A DNA stretch of 64,000 bases. It comes from Octopus vulgaris. Taxonomy: Eukaryota. The notes beneath the pieces are model-generated. The model was given only the letters and a program-made list of their open reading frames with translations, had not been told where the DNA came from and did not search any database. A program made the translations under genes and the position numbers. Positions 26,901 to 42,284 of this stretch are shown in pieces (position 1 is the stretch's first letter; each line of letters opens with the position of its first letter). Location: NCBI GenBank assembly GCA_951406725.2, contig OX597819.1, forward strand, positions 48,546,001-48,610,000, in the 5' to 3' direction.

Positions 26901-27841
26901 AATAAAATAGAACATATGCATATATATAAACATATATGTACGTACCTACCTCTACATGTACATATACACGCATATATGTGTACAGGACACCAAAAAGACG
27001 TCGAACACATAGAGAGACGAAAAACATAGACACAAACCAAGGAACAGGACAAGCAAAAAAGAAAAAAAGAGATACAGGACAATAAGCACAACGAAAAATC
27101 CCCTTCTTCAGTCGCTAAGGTTTCATCTACTCTACGTTTCGAAGGATATATATATATATATATATTTGTTGTTTTAAAATTCAAACCAGCCAGTTGGGTT
27201 GTCATATTTAACATATGCTTGTTTCTTGATTGGATAACTAAACTATCCAATGTTTCATAGTCTTGAGAAACATTGATTTTCTTAAGATTGCTCTATTTTA
27301 TTGTTGTTGAATTGTGGCTCAGGTAAGGTGGTAAGGTGTGTGTGTATGTGTGCACGTGTGTGTATTTGTATGAGTAACATAACATCATCATTATCATCAT
27401 CAATATTTTTTAACATTGTTGTTTCAAACTGGCAAGGGTTGGATGGTTTGGCAGTATCTAATGAGCCAGAGGAGTATGTTGAGCTCCAGTGTCTACTTTG
27501 GCAGGGTTTCTATGTCTGGATGCCCTTCCCAATACCGACTACTTTAAAGAGTGTACTAGATGTTTTTTTTTTTATGGTGCTACCACTTTTGAGGTCACCA
27601 AGTAACTTTCAAAACAAGACCCTCACCCCCACCTGAATGGGGATGCAATACTGAGGAAGATGGCTTTGTGGGGAGAGAAAAGGACACAGATCAGAAAATG
27701 GAAGTTAGAGATATGTTGTATGGAGTGACAAACAAAGGTGGGGGAGCTCTTGATGGCAGATATGAGAGGGCGTTTAATGGAATGGGATGATATTGAAAAT
27801 GCAGGATGGGCAACAAGGGACTCTTATATTATATCTATCTA

Positions 27842-27936
<95 letters not shown>

Positions 27937-29766
27937 TAGAGAGGCGCAGTGGACTCGCGGTTTTGATTTTCAGACCAGGCGTTGTGAGTGTTTATTGAGC
28001 GAAAACACTTAAAGCTCCATGAGGCTCTGCCAGAGGGTAGTGGCGATCCCTGCTGTACTCTTTTGCCACAACTTTCTTTCATTCTTTCTTCTGCTGGCCT
28101 ATTCACTTAGCCAGCGGAGTGACGTCATTTGAAGGCTAAAACAATGCGAAGCACATTGTGACCAGCGATGTGTAGCAACATCTGATAGCCTGGTCGGTCA
28201 TGGTGATATTGTTAGTACTTGTACCACTTAAAAGGCACTGGTGCTGGTGCCATATAAAAAGCTCTCAGTACATTCTGTAAAGTGGTTGGTTTTAGGAAGG
28301 GCATCCAGCTGTAGAAAGCATGCAAAAACAGACAAGAAAGCCTGGTGCACCTTTTAGTCTTTCCAGCTCCTATCAAACTGTCCAATCCAAGCAGCATAGA
28401 AAACGGATGTTTGATAACAATGATGATGATATAATATGTATCTGTCTGTCTTTGCATATGCATCTCTTTGGTTTTGTATATGCATCTCATTTTCTTTACC
28501 ATGCACTCAGGGTGAGAAAGGTGACAGCAATGATGATGCATTATTTGGGGCTTTGATACTGACAGGAGGAAGAGTGGAAGCTGTCCTCAAATCAGAGACC
28601 TGTCTCAGATGCTTGTAATAAAAATGTTCACTGCTAAAGGTACCCAAGATTTGGTGGTGGTGTTAAGTTGTGCAGCATATTAAGTCTTCCAGCCAGGAAC
28701 TATAATATATAAATCTCATTCACTGTTCTGTAGCAAGACTAATTCCTTAATTGCACGTTTTAAATTTAAATAATCTAAAAAAGTCTTTATGTATAAGTCT
28801 CTAATGATTGGTCATGCGATCAGTCATGTGACTTTGAAACACTTTGCAGTGTCAGACATTTAAATTGGTCTAGTTTTATGTGGGATACTGAACTTGTATC
28901 TAATTGCGTTGTGCAATAGACCACCAAAAGTGGCAAATTAAAAAGCTCGTCTGAGCCCCTTTTTGTTTTTCATTTTAATTCAGAGGGGAGAGTTTGTTTT
29001 CAGGAAGCTATGTCACATTACTTTTGTTCCTGTTGAAACACATGTAACCAAATTCGACTGAGTTGAAAAGTCAAGTATGTAGGATTTTCTACAGACAGCA
29101 TTCTTCATGATGTATCAATTAGTTTCACTGTATAATTTGTACTGAACTCCTAATGAATATATAACAAATGCTGTATATTTGTTTAAATAATTAAAAACTA
29201 CCGGTCACATGTCATGTATGAGTTTTATGTGAACTTGTCCACTTTTTTTTTATATAAATTGCAATTAAAATAAATGAAAACACACAATTGCTTCCATCAC
29301 TACAGGATCATGGTTGATGTTGTTACCCCTTCTCATACATTCTGCTGTTGGTTGTGCCTCCATTACGGTCAGAGAGAAATTTGCAGTTTACAGCTATTTG
29401 ATCCTTGTTCCTATACTGGTGCTTATGAAATAAGCAAATCACAAAACTCGACAATTTAGCGGAAGAATAAAGTGTTGTTGTTAATTGAAAGCTCATTTCC
29501 GGAGTCATACATCTTACTCATTTCGGAGTCATACATCTTACTGTACACATAGGAAGATTACAGTCCATATTCCTGGGATGATTACAGTGTAGTCTGTAGT
29601 ATCCTTGGGCATCTGGTTGATCATCATCGTTGATTCATTTCACATTAGTGGATGAACCACCAAGGGATGTTTTTCTCTTTTTACCGGCATAATGGAATAG
29701 GAGCTTTATTTGCATGTTCAAAACATTACCATAAACAAATTTAAAAGATATATATATATATATATA

Positions 29767-30170
29767 GGCGCAGGAGTGGCTGTGTGGTAAGTAGCTTGCT
29801 AACCAACCACATAGTTCGGGTTCAGTCCCACTGCGTGGCATCTTGGGCAAGTGTCTTCTGCTATAACCTCGGGCCGACCAAAGCCTTGTGAGTGGATTTG
29901 GTAGACGGAAACTGAAAGAAGCCTGTTGTATATATGTATATATATATGTATGTGTGTGTATATGTTTGTGTGTCTGTGTTTGTCCCTCTAGCATTGCTTG
30001 ACAACCGATGCTGGTGTGTTTACGTCACCCGTCACTTAGCGGTTCAGCAAAAGAGACCGATAGAATAAGTACTGGGCTTACAAAGAATAAGTCCTGGGGT
30101 CAATTTGTTCGACTAAAGGCGGTGCTCCAGCATGGCCACAGTCAAATGACTGAAACAAGTAAAAGAAGAA
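29767..30170 (+). mobile_element. SINE family A, young full-length copy
   Basis: Retains many CpGs; aligns end to end with 2527-2957. Confidence 0.92.
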
Positions 30171-30193
30171 AAAAAGAAAAATATATATATATG

Positions 30194-30239
<46 letters not shown>

Positions 30240-30247
30240 TTCAGTTT

Positions 30248-30446
30248 GAAATTATAAACTAGGAAGTGTTATAGACAAGCAGTATTAACAATCAGTTTCA
30301 TGCAAAATCAATCTTTCTTTATAAGGGAGAAAGAGACTCTTCAATTGTTAGAGTCTCTCTCTTTCCCTTATTAAAGGGAATAGATTTTGCATGAAATCAA
30401 TTGATAATATTGTTTATTTATAACACGGTCCTTTGTTTATAAATTT
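30248..30446. mobile_element. Old (TA)n-embedded fold-back element, arms about 90 bp, 9-nt loop
   Basis: TTTCATGCAAAATC...GAGACTCT tcaattgtt AGAGTCTC...GATTTTGCATGAAA; the arms have diverged. Confidence 0.75.
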
Positions 30447-30449
30447 ACC

Positions 30450-30480
<31 letters not shown>

Positions 30481-32628
30481 ATATCATACATATATATACA
30501 GATACACATATATAAACATGCACATATATATTAATATGAATTACTATATGTTGTGTCTATATGTGTATATAAGGATTTTTCCATCTCTTTCTATGAAAAC
30601 CATAAGTATATCTAATATCGATGACAGTAGTATGTTCATCAAAACAAGAGGTTGAAATATATTCTTATATGGGATGAAAAATCAGCAGAGGAGAATTCCC
30701 TCAGGTTTCTTGTGAAAAACGATATTAAAGTACCACATGCATGTTGTACAGTATTATTGTATAACATGCATGTTCTACAGTGTTAATGTATGACGTGCAT
30801 GTAGTAATATTTAGGGTATGCCTCAGTATTTTGTTTCATTGTAAGCAATCTTATGAAAGAACAACCTGTTTGAATTTAGAATCTAAGATTTCTTCTACTG
30901 AAATAAGAAGCTGATTAATAATAGAAATGGGAAAATGTAAAAGGGAAAAGAAAAAAGACTTTAAAAAAGGAAAAAAAAAAAATGGAGAGGGGAAAAAATA
31001 AGGAATTTCAATGGTTCTGTTTTTTTTTTATCATTACTGGAGATTAATTCAAGTTTCCATGGTAAATGAACATTGCTGTATCTTACTGAAAGCTGTACAA
31101 TATCAGGATGTGAGGATTATAAAAATGTTTAGAGTAAGATCGTTTTTAGTTTAGCAGAATAGCTATGAAAGCTATTGACTTATTAGTTGAAAATATGATG
31201 TTGATGGTGTTAGTGGCAGTGATGCTGGTGGTGGTGGTGGTGGTGGAGAAGGAAAAGGGGGTAGTGTTGAGAATAACTCTCATAAAATGATTCCACATAC
31301 ATTTGTTCTTATCTGACTAAGTGTCTGTGTGCCTCGCTATCTGTTTGTCTATCGGTCCCGGCTGTCTATCTGTCTAAGTATTCTGTGTGTCTGGCTATCT
31401 GTGTGTCTATCCGTATGTCTGTCCATCCATCTGTCTGTTATCTGCCTGTATCTGTCTATGTGCCCATCTGTGTGTCTGTCGGCATGCCTGCTTGTATGTG
31501 TGCTTCTGTGCATCTGTTTATATGACTCTGTGTGTCAGTCTGTCTGTGTGGCTATCTGTCTGTTTGCCTGTTTGCCTGTCTGTGGCAAAGTAATTTATTT
31601 TACTAAGCCCTTTTATATAATGTACATATACATATATACATATTTAGCAATAAGAGTAATTGTGCAAAGATAAAAGGGCCTAAAGAGAAATAAAAGTAGC
31701 CTGTCATTTAAGTTCATCATCTTTTTGATTGGTAATAATTGAAAATGGAACATGTCTGTTCCAGGAAAAGAAAATGACAAAATTGTATCAGACAAATGGG
31801 AGTGACGTTGCAGCCTGATTCTGTAAGAGAATGCTGCATTCACCTTAGTAATTTAGTTAGACATTTTGGTATGAATGTGTGTAGACGAAAGATACAGAGA
31901 TGAAGGAAGAAAGAGAGAGGGTAAGGGAATAAATATGAGTGTCCTCTGCGATGGTGGGTTTTTAAGTTAGTTGCAGTTTGGTCATTGGTTGTTGCAAAAT
32001 GTTCCTGCTGTTCAGTCTAGTTGTCAAAAACAACTGATATTGAACTAAGCCTAACTTAATGCATGATTGCAGCTTTCTCTGTTTGTCTGTGATTGTATTT
32101 GTTTGATCCTCTTCCTGTTGTTTGCTAACCTTTTTATGAGCCATGTTTAGTTTAATTAATGTTTGACTGATTTTCAACCAACAATTTGGGGATTCATTAA
32201 AACTTTTACTGACATCATTCAAACATTTAAGTGTATATTTGTTGGGTATCATTGGTTAGTTTTTTCATGATATCATCCTTCAATGTGAAAGATCCTGTTT
32301 TGTTGTTTACTAAAACCTAGTTGAAAAAAGAATCCACGTTCAAATTGAGACCTGTTACATTACTCTCCCATCAGAGAGTTGGTTATGTATCAATGAGCAA
32401 AAATGAAGATGTAAGTATAGCAGACCGTGCTACTATCCATGCATGCATACATGATGGCTGTCGACTTGCTAGACAAGTATGACCATCACTGACCAGTTAT
32501 CTTGTTTCTGTTTTCTTTTTATATTTAAAATTTTTTCGGTGACCATAGCCTCTACAATGGCTCTTAAATCCAACAAGTAACTCACAATTTTTTTGTTGCA
32601 GATGTGGTATTCATTTTCGTATGTTGCG

Positions 32629-32733
<105 letters not shown>

Positions 32734-32762
32734 TGTGCTTCCCCCCTGGGCTTCCACACAGT

Positions 32763-32995
32763 TTCTTATTTCTTTACTGCCTACAAGGGGCTACACACAG
32801 GGGACAAACAAGGACAGACAAATGGATTAAGTCAATTATATCGACCCCAGTGTGTGACTGGTAATTATTTAATCAACCCCAAAAGGATGAAAGGCAAAGT
32901 CGACCTCAGTGGAATTTGAACTCAGAACGTAGCAGCAAAGGAAATACCACTAAGCATTTCGCCCGGCATGCTAATGATTCTTCCAGCTCTCCACC
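32763..32995 (-). mobile_element. SINE family C copy
   Basis: Reverse-complement match to 13793-14022; TSD-like CACACA(G/A)TTTCT. Confidence 0.85.
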
Positions 32996-33744
32996 TTCAC
33001 ACAATTTCTAACTGCTAGTTTTGTTCACATGGCATTGGTTGGCCTGAGGCTATAGTAGAACACTCATGCACAAGGTGGCATGCAGTGGAATAGAACACAA
33101 AACTACATGGTTGGGAAGCAAATGCCTTAACCACCTCTCCATTCTTATGTATGTATGCTTCTGTGTGTTTAAGTATAAGTATGCTGGGTGAAAATGCAGC
33201 ATCATTTTATCATTGTTATCTTGTTTAACTAATTTAACTAATATTGTTTACTAATTTGATTAATGTTCTTATTATCATGTTTAACTAATTAAATAACGTT
33301 TTATAGCTTTGTGAATAGATAGATTGATATTTGGTGCCTCTGAATGTCTGAGTTATATGCTTGTACATGTGTGTGCGAGTATGAATGTGTGTGTGTGTGT
33401 GTGTGTGCGTGTGTGTGTGCGTGTGCATGTATGAATGTGATATATATATATATAATATATATATGGAATAATATTGAACTTTAAAAGCATAAAGACACTA
33501 TAATGTATTAGTATACTTATTTATTAATTTTTGTATATAATTATTTTTTTTTGAAAAAAACATTGTAAATAATTTTCTTCCCCTTCCTCAACTTAAAAAA
33601 TTTTTTTTTCCCCTTCCAAATCTTGAAAATTTGCCTTGCAATGAAAGCCGGTTTCATTTCCTTTTTTAATTTTTCTTACATCCATTTTTATTAAAATTTG
33701 CTTTCAGTTTAGCATTCTGCCTTATTATTATAATTTTTTCCTTT

Positions 33745-33833
<89 letters not shown>

Positions 33834-33838
33834 GTGTA

Positions 33839-33877
<39 letters not shown>

Positions 33878-34199
33878 AGGTGTGGCTGTGTTGTAAGAAG
33901 TTTCTTTCTCAACCACATGGTTTGAGGTTCAGTCCCACTGTATAGCATTTTGGGCTCAAGAACAAAATGCATTGCCCAGTCCAGGATTTGAAACCAGATC
34001 TTGCAATCACAAGCACAAACACTAAATGCTAGACCACAAGCCTTCGCATGTTATATATATATGGCCAGGAAGCAGTCTTCTTACCACACAGCCACACCTA
34101 AGTCTGTATATATGAATATGTGCAGGTGCGCTTGCATGTCTGGTAAGTTCACCACCATCAATTCACCATTTTTGTTTTCAATAAAATAGTTTTTAACTA

Positions 34200-34591
34200 A
34201 GCATTATTAAATCTCGGAACGGGATGTAAACAGTAATCGCTCGACAATGTAAAGTATAAAAGCCATCTCAATATGGCTAACCACAAAGTGGGGGGTGGTG
34301 TTACTGTAGCTATTTAGCCCCAGGAGATCATTGTCTCCAGCTGGCTTTAGACACACTTTCTGTGCCCTTAAAGTATTTGCAAAGGGAGGCCATCCCTTTC
34401 TCGTAAGCCTGAGTGATACGCACCGGACCGGTTTCGAGATTATTGTCTCTTATCAACGGGCGGTAATCACCAGATCACGATGAAAGACAAGGCCTGTTTG
34501 CAAATATATAAATTTTTTTCTAGTGGCGTCTGCCACTGATTTCGAAAAACTGACTGTAAGCATTATTAAATCTCAGAACGAGATGTAAAAA
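34200..34591 (-). mobile_element. Retrozyme-like element: 359-bp unit plus about 33 bp terminal redundancy, 12-bp TSD, internal hammerhead
   Basis: TSD AGTTTTTAACTA at 34188-34199 and 34592-34603; direct repeat TAAGCATTATTAAATCTC(G/A)GAACG(G/A)GATGTAAA at 34198 and 34557; extensive self-complementarity. Confidence 0.75.
34420..34461 (-). ncRNA. Type I minimal hammerhead motif with two core transitions
   Basis: Minus strand: GCCCG-TTGATAA-GAGA-caataa-TCTC-GAAA-CCGG-TC-CGGTGC. Confidence 0.7.
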
Positions 34592-34607
34592 AGTTTTTAA
34601 CTACAAA

Positions 34608-34939
34608 TACTCTTTTACTCTTTTATTTGTTTCAGTCATTTGACTGTGGCGATGCTGGAGCACCACCTTTAGTCGAGCAAATCGACCCAGGACTTATTCT
34701 TTGTAAGCCTAGTACTTATTCTATCAGTCTTTTTTGCTGAACTGCTAAGTTACGGGAACGTAAACACACCAGCATTGGTTGTCAAACGATGTTGGGGGGA
34801 CAAACACAGACACACCAACACACTCACATATATATACATATACATATATACGACGGGCTTCTTTCAGTTTCCGTCTACCAAATCCCTTCACAAGGCTTTG
34901 GTCAGCCCGAGGCTATAGTAGAAGACACTTGCCCAAGGG
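34608..34939 (-). mobile_element. SINE family A, 5'-truncated
   Basis: Reverse-complement match to the body and tail of family A. Confidence 0.85.
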
Positions 34940-35837
34940 ATATAATGGTGAGATACTATGTATATATTTTCTTGGTAAATTTTCCTTGTGTTTAACTTTC
35001 CTCACCGTGAATTGATGGCAGTGAACTTACCTGTAATCATGTCTGTGCATGTGTGTGTATTTGTAAATTTATTTATACATTCACCTTTAAAGAAGAATTT
35101 ATTGTTTTCATTTTTGTGATAGCATCTTTTAGACAATTAAGTGTATCCTTCCTATATTTCTATGTCTGTCGCCTTGCAGGCTATAATCTTGTTAGCCCCT
35201 ACTAGCACTATAAATCAAATCAGCTGATTTGTATTGATCTCTAGCTATACCTTGGTTGATTTTAAAGTCATCCTGTATTATAGATTATGTATATCTGTAT
35301 GTATAAACCAGTTTAATCTGACTTGATAATATTTAACAAAATTTTCTGCTGTGGATATTGATGATGATGATGATGATTGTGATGATGATGATGATGATGA
35401 CGATGACGATGATGATGATGTTGCTATTGTTTACTTCCAAGTCAGTTCTGATTGAGTCGACTTATGATCAAAGACTTTCCAGTCATGATCATCCTGTCTT
35501 CTTTAGAGGTGAGTAGGATTACGTTATCCAGTGTGTTGTTCCCCCTTATATAAGACAGTAAGGTATAATTTTGTGGTTCATGATGATGACAATGGCGAAA
35601 GCATTGCTATCAGTGTAAAAAAAAGTTATCAGGGTAGTGTCTGTGTATTTGACTGAATCAGTGCGGCTAACTGTGCACTGGGACATAACTAATGATGGGA
35701 AGATATGATTGATCAGACACACATGCTTTAATGCAGGAGATACTGGAAATCAAAGGCTTTATATTGAAGCAGTTATGGGCAAACTTATTCAACCATCATC
35801 ATCATCATCACTATTACCACCGCCACCGTTGCTGCTG

Positions 35838-35876
<39 letters not shown>

Positions 35877-36510
35877 TTGTCATTTTAATGTTGACTTTTC
35901 CATACTTGCATGGGTTGGACTGAATTTATTGATGCTGATTTTCTATGGCTGGATTTTCTATGGCTTATGGCTATCACCAACCCATTCGTGTTTCTAAGCA
36001 AAGTAATATTTCCTCATGGTCAGACATGTTTTCATAGAGTATCGGAAACGAATGACATTCATTTACAACAATCATGCAATATGAACACAAGGGGACTCAA
36101 ACATACATACGCACGTATGCAAACACACACACACACAGACATACATGCATACGCACATGCATGTACACACGCACACAAATTCACGCACACACACACACAC
36201 CCCCACACACATGTATGTGCGCATATATGCATCCATGCTGGCACTATGTAAAGGGTACCCATGTCAGTGCCACATGAAAAGCACCTGTGCTGGTGTCATG
36301 TAAAAAGCACCCAGTACACTCTGTAAAGCATTAAGTCATAGAAACCATACCAAAACAGACAACTGGGGCCTGGTGCAGCCCTTTGGCTTCCCAGCTCCTG
36401 TCAAACCATCCAACCCATGCCACCATGGAAAACAGGCATTAAATTATGATGATAATGACATACATTCATACATACATACATGCATATATATATATACATA
36501 TATATACATA

Positions 36511-36558
<48 letters not shown>

Positions 36559-36587
36559 TATATACATATACATATATATAAACATAC

Positions 36588-36646
<59 letters not shown>

Positions 36647-36647
<1 letters not shown>

Positions 36648-36871
36648 TTCATTTAAAGCAGCTGAAAATTCTACAAAACCTGTTATTTGAGTTTGCGTTG
36701 CCGTTCATTGGACAGTTTTAGCAAAAACTGTCCGATGAACGGCAACGCGAAACTTAGAGTAACAGGTTTTGTAGAATTTTCTGCTGCTTTAAATAAAGCA
36801 TATTACTCTACCACTGGTATTTGAGTACTCTTTTTTTCCACCTTGTTTCACATTTATGTGTTTACTCCGGT
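36647..36871 (+). mobile_element. PLE-type fold-back element (arms 36647-36719 / 36723-36798, 3-nt loop, 70-bp tail) with a hammerhead motif at 36728-36765
   Basis: CTGT-CCGATGA-a-CG-gcaa-CG-c-GAAA-CTTAGAG-TA-ACAG; (TA)n on both sides. Confidence 0.75.
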
Positions 36872-36889
36872 ATGTATATATATATATAC

Positions 36890-39218
<2,329 letters not shown>

Positions 39219-39570
39219 CATCATCATCATCATCATCGTTTAACGTCCGTTCTCCATGCTAGCATGGGTTGGACAGTTCGACCGGGGATCTGGGAAGTCA
39301 GAAGGCTGCACCAGGCTCCAGTCTTATCTGGCAATGTTTCTACAGCTGGATGCCCTTCCTAACGCCAACCACTCCGTGAGTGTAGTGGGTGCTTTTTACG
39401 TGCCACCCTCACAGGTGCCAGGCGAGGCTGGCAACGGCCACGGTCGGATTGGTGTATTTTATGTGCCACTGGCACGGAAGCCAGTCGAGGCGGTGCTGGC
39501 ATCGGCCACGAGTCAGATAGTGCTTTTTACGTACCACCAGACCAGGGATCCTGGCTGGTTCAATTCGATT

Positions 39571-40248
<678 letters not shown>

Positions 40249-40336
40249 CATATATATATATACATATATATATATGTATATATATATATACATATACATA
40301 TATATATATATACATATATATATATACATATATGTA

Positions 40337-40373
<37 letters not shown>

Positions 40374-40389
40374 TTTTTCTCTCTGTGTA

Positions 40390-40427
40390 TCTTTCTGTTG
40401 AAGAGCGTAGGCTCGAAACGTTAAAGA
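40390..40427 (+). ncRNA. Type I minimal hammerhead motif in a short (TA)n-bounded element (40370-40526)
   Basis: TCTTT-CTGTTGA-a-GAGC-gtag-GCTC-GAAA-CG-TT-AAAGA. Confidence 0.65.
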
Positions 40428-40601
40428 CTTGTTTTATTTATATTTCCTGAGCGCCATACTAATACAATTGTTCGTTTGTTTTCCACCTGCCTTCGTCTTT
40501 TGTCTATTTTCATAAAGCTTCCCGTTATATATATATATATGTATATATAAATATATATGTATGTATATATATATATGTCTATATGAATATATATATATAC
40601 A

Positions 40602-40940
40602 TTTACCCCGGCCTTCTGACTGACTTGGATAACCAATTTCTGGATTTTTACACCTACGGATTACTGTTACCATTCGTCCGGAGTATGCCACTGTAATCGT
40701 GATTGGAAATCATCAAAAAATTTGTCCACTTTTTCACGCCCTGTTTTTACCCTTCTTCTTCTACTTCTCCATCTTCCCTTCCTTGGACCTTTCCTTTTTC
40801 TATGGTTCTGACGAAGAGCTCCACTCTTAATGTTAAATCCTCCTCCTTTCTTTCCTTTCCTGAGCGTCCAATAACACTATACGTGTTCCATGTCCTCGCG
40901 TTGTTGTGTTTTCTCTTTGTGTTTTCATGTTTGGATTAAC
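40602..40940 (+). mobile_element. (TA)n-bounded PLE-like tail with decayed hammerhead (CTGACGA-A-GAG..CTC at 40808)
   Basis: 3' part aligns with 382-484(-) and 61940-62043(+). Confidence 0.65.
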
Positions 40941-41057
40941 TATATATATATATAGGAGAAGAAAATGGATATAATAACAAAGGGAAACTCATCGTTTTTG
41001 CTGGTATGCCTTTAATTTAATTAGATAACAAAGAAGGAGGAAGCAATGATGAATGTA

Positions 41058-41108
41058 GCATTTACGATCATTTCAATTTATGAGTTTTTGTAAATCTCTT
41101 CAGAATGC
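41058..41108 (-). ncRNA. Type I hammerhead ribozyme motif with fully canonical core
   Basis: Minus strand: GCATT-CTGAAGA-GATTTA-caaaaactca-TAAATT-GAAA-TGATCG-TA-AATGC; about 100 bp from a (TA)n-bounded end at 40955. Confidence 0.78.
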
Positions 41109-41325
41109 GCAAAGAAGATTGATGCGTCAGTTAGGATGCAAAAATAACTGATACATGTGTAATGGTAATAGAAGCAAATTTAGTAGTTCTTACATTAAAT
41201 TTTGTTCTTGCATTGGTGATTTCGCTGGGGAGAGGTTTCATTGCAATAGGCTGGTTAGGCTGGAGTAAAAATGTACATTTTTAAGCTAAACATGGCCAAG
41301 AATTTTAGGAGAATAAGTTAGCTGA

Positions 41326-42258
41326 AAACATGCGTAGGCTCGAAAGAAATGAAGCTAGCATGATCTGCTTGATGTGTAATGTCAGTGTGCACACATGACA
41401 AAGTGTAAGTGCCCTGTGAGAAATGTTTGACAAAAGAAGCATCGGATGTGGTGTGCAAGATAGACGTTTGCGCTGGTATGGTCATGTACTATGGATGGAT
41501 GAGGAGAGATGTGTGAAGAAGTGCCACTCCCAAACAGTTGAAGGAATCCGGGGTAGAGGGAGACCCAAGAAGACATAGGATGAGGTGGTAAAGCATGACC
41601 TTTGAACATTGGGCTTTACAGAGGCAATGATAAATGACCGAGACCTCTAGAGATATGCTGTGACTGAGAAGACCCAGCAAATGAAGTGAGTCAACAGCAG
41701 TATTGAGTCAAGTACATCAAGATCAGCAATATCAAATCAAATCAAATGGAAATTGTAGTTGTGAGCCCTGTGCCGGTAGCACATAAAAAGCATCATCCGA
41801 ATGTGGCTGATGCCAGTGCCACCTTGACTGGCTTCTGTTCCGGTGGCACATAAAAAGCAGCATCCAAACGTGGCCATTGCCGAGTCAAGTACATCAACAT
41901 CAGCAATATCAAAATCAAATCAAATGGAAATTGTAGTTGTGAGCCCCGTGCCAGTAGCATGTAAAAAGCACCATCCAAATGTGGCCAATGCCAATACTGC
42001 ATTGATTAGCTTCTGTGCCAGTGGCATGTAAAAAGCACCATCTGATCGTGGTCAATGCCAGCTCCTCTGGCCCTTTGTGGTGGTGGCATGTAAAAAGCAC
42101 GCACTACACTCTTGGAGTGGTTGGCATTAGGAAGGGCATTCAGCTGTAGAAACACTGCCAGATAAGATTAGGGCCTGGTGTAGCCTCCTGGCTTCCCAGA
42201 TCCCAGTTGAACCATTCAACCCATGCCAGCATGGAAAACAGACATTAAATGATGATGA
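41326..42258 (+). mobile_element. RTE LINE 3' fragment (second subfamily) with a tandem duplication of about 177 bp in the UTR
   Basis: MRRLERNEASM...RLRWYGH; GAGTCAAGTACATCAA at 41705 and 41882; (GAT)n tail. Confidence 0.9.
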
Positions 42259-42284
42259 TATATATATGTATGTATGTATATATA

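Noticed and set aside
28984-29074. Exon-like segment with a polypyrimidine-AG acceptor and a GTATGT donor
   Set aside because: All three frames contain stops; a non-coding exon cannot be shown from sequence alone.
29492-29542. 25-bp tandem duplication (another of 27 bp at about 48246-48299)
   Set aside because: Ordinary slippage duplications with no further structure.
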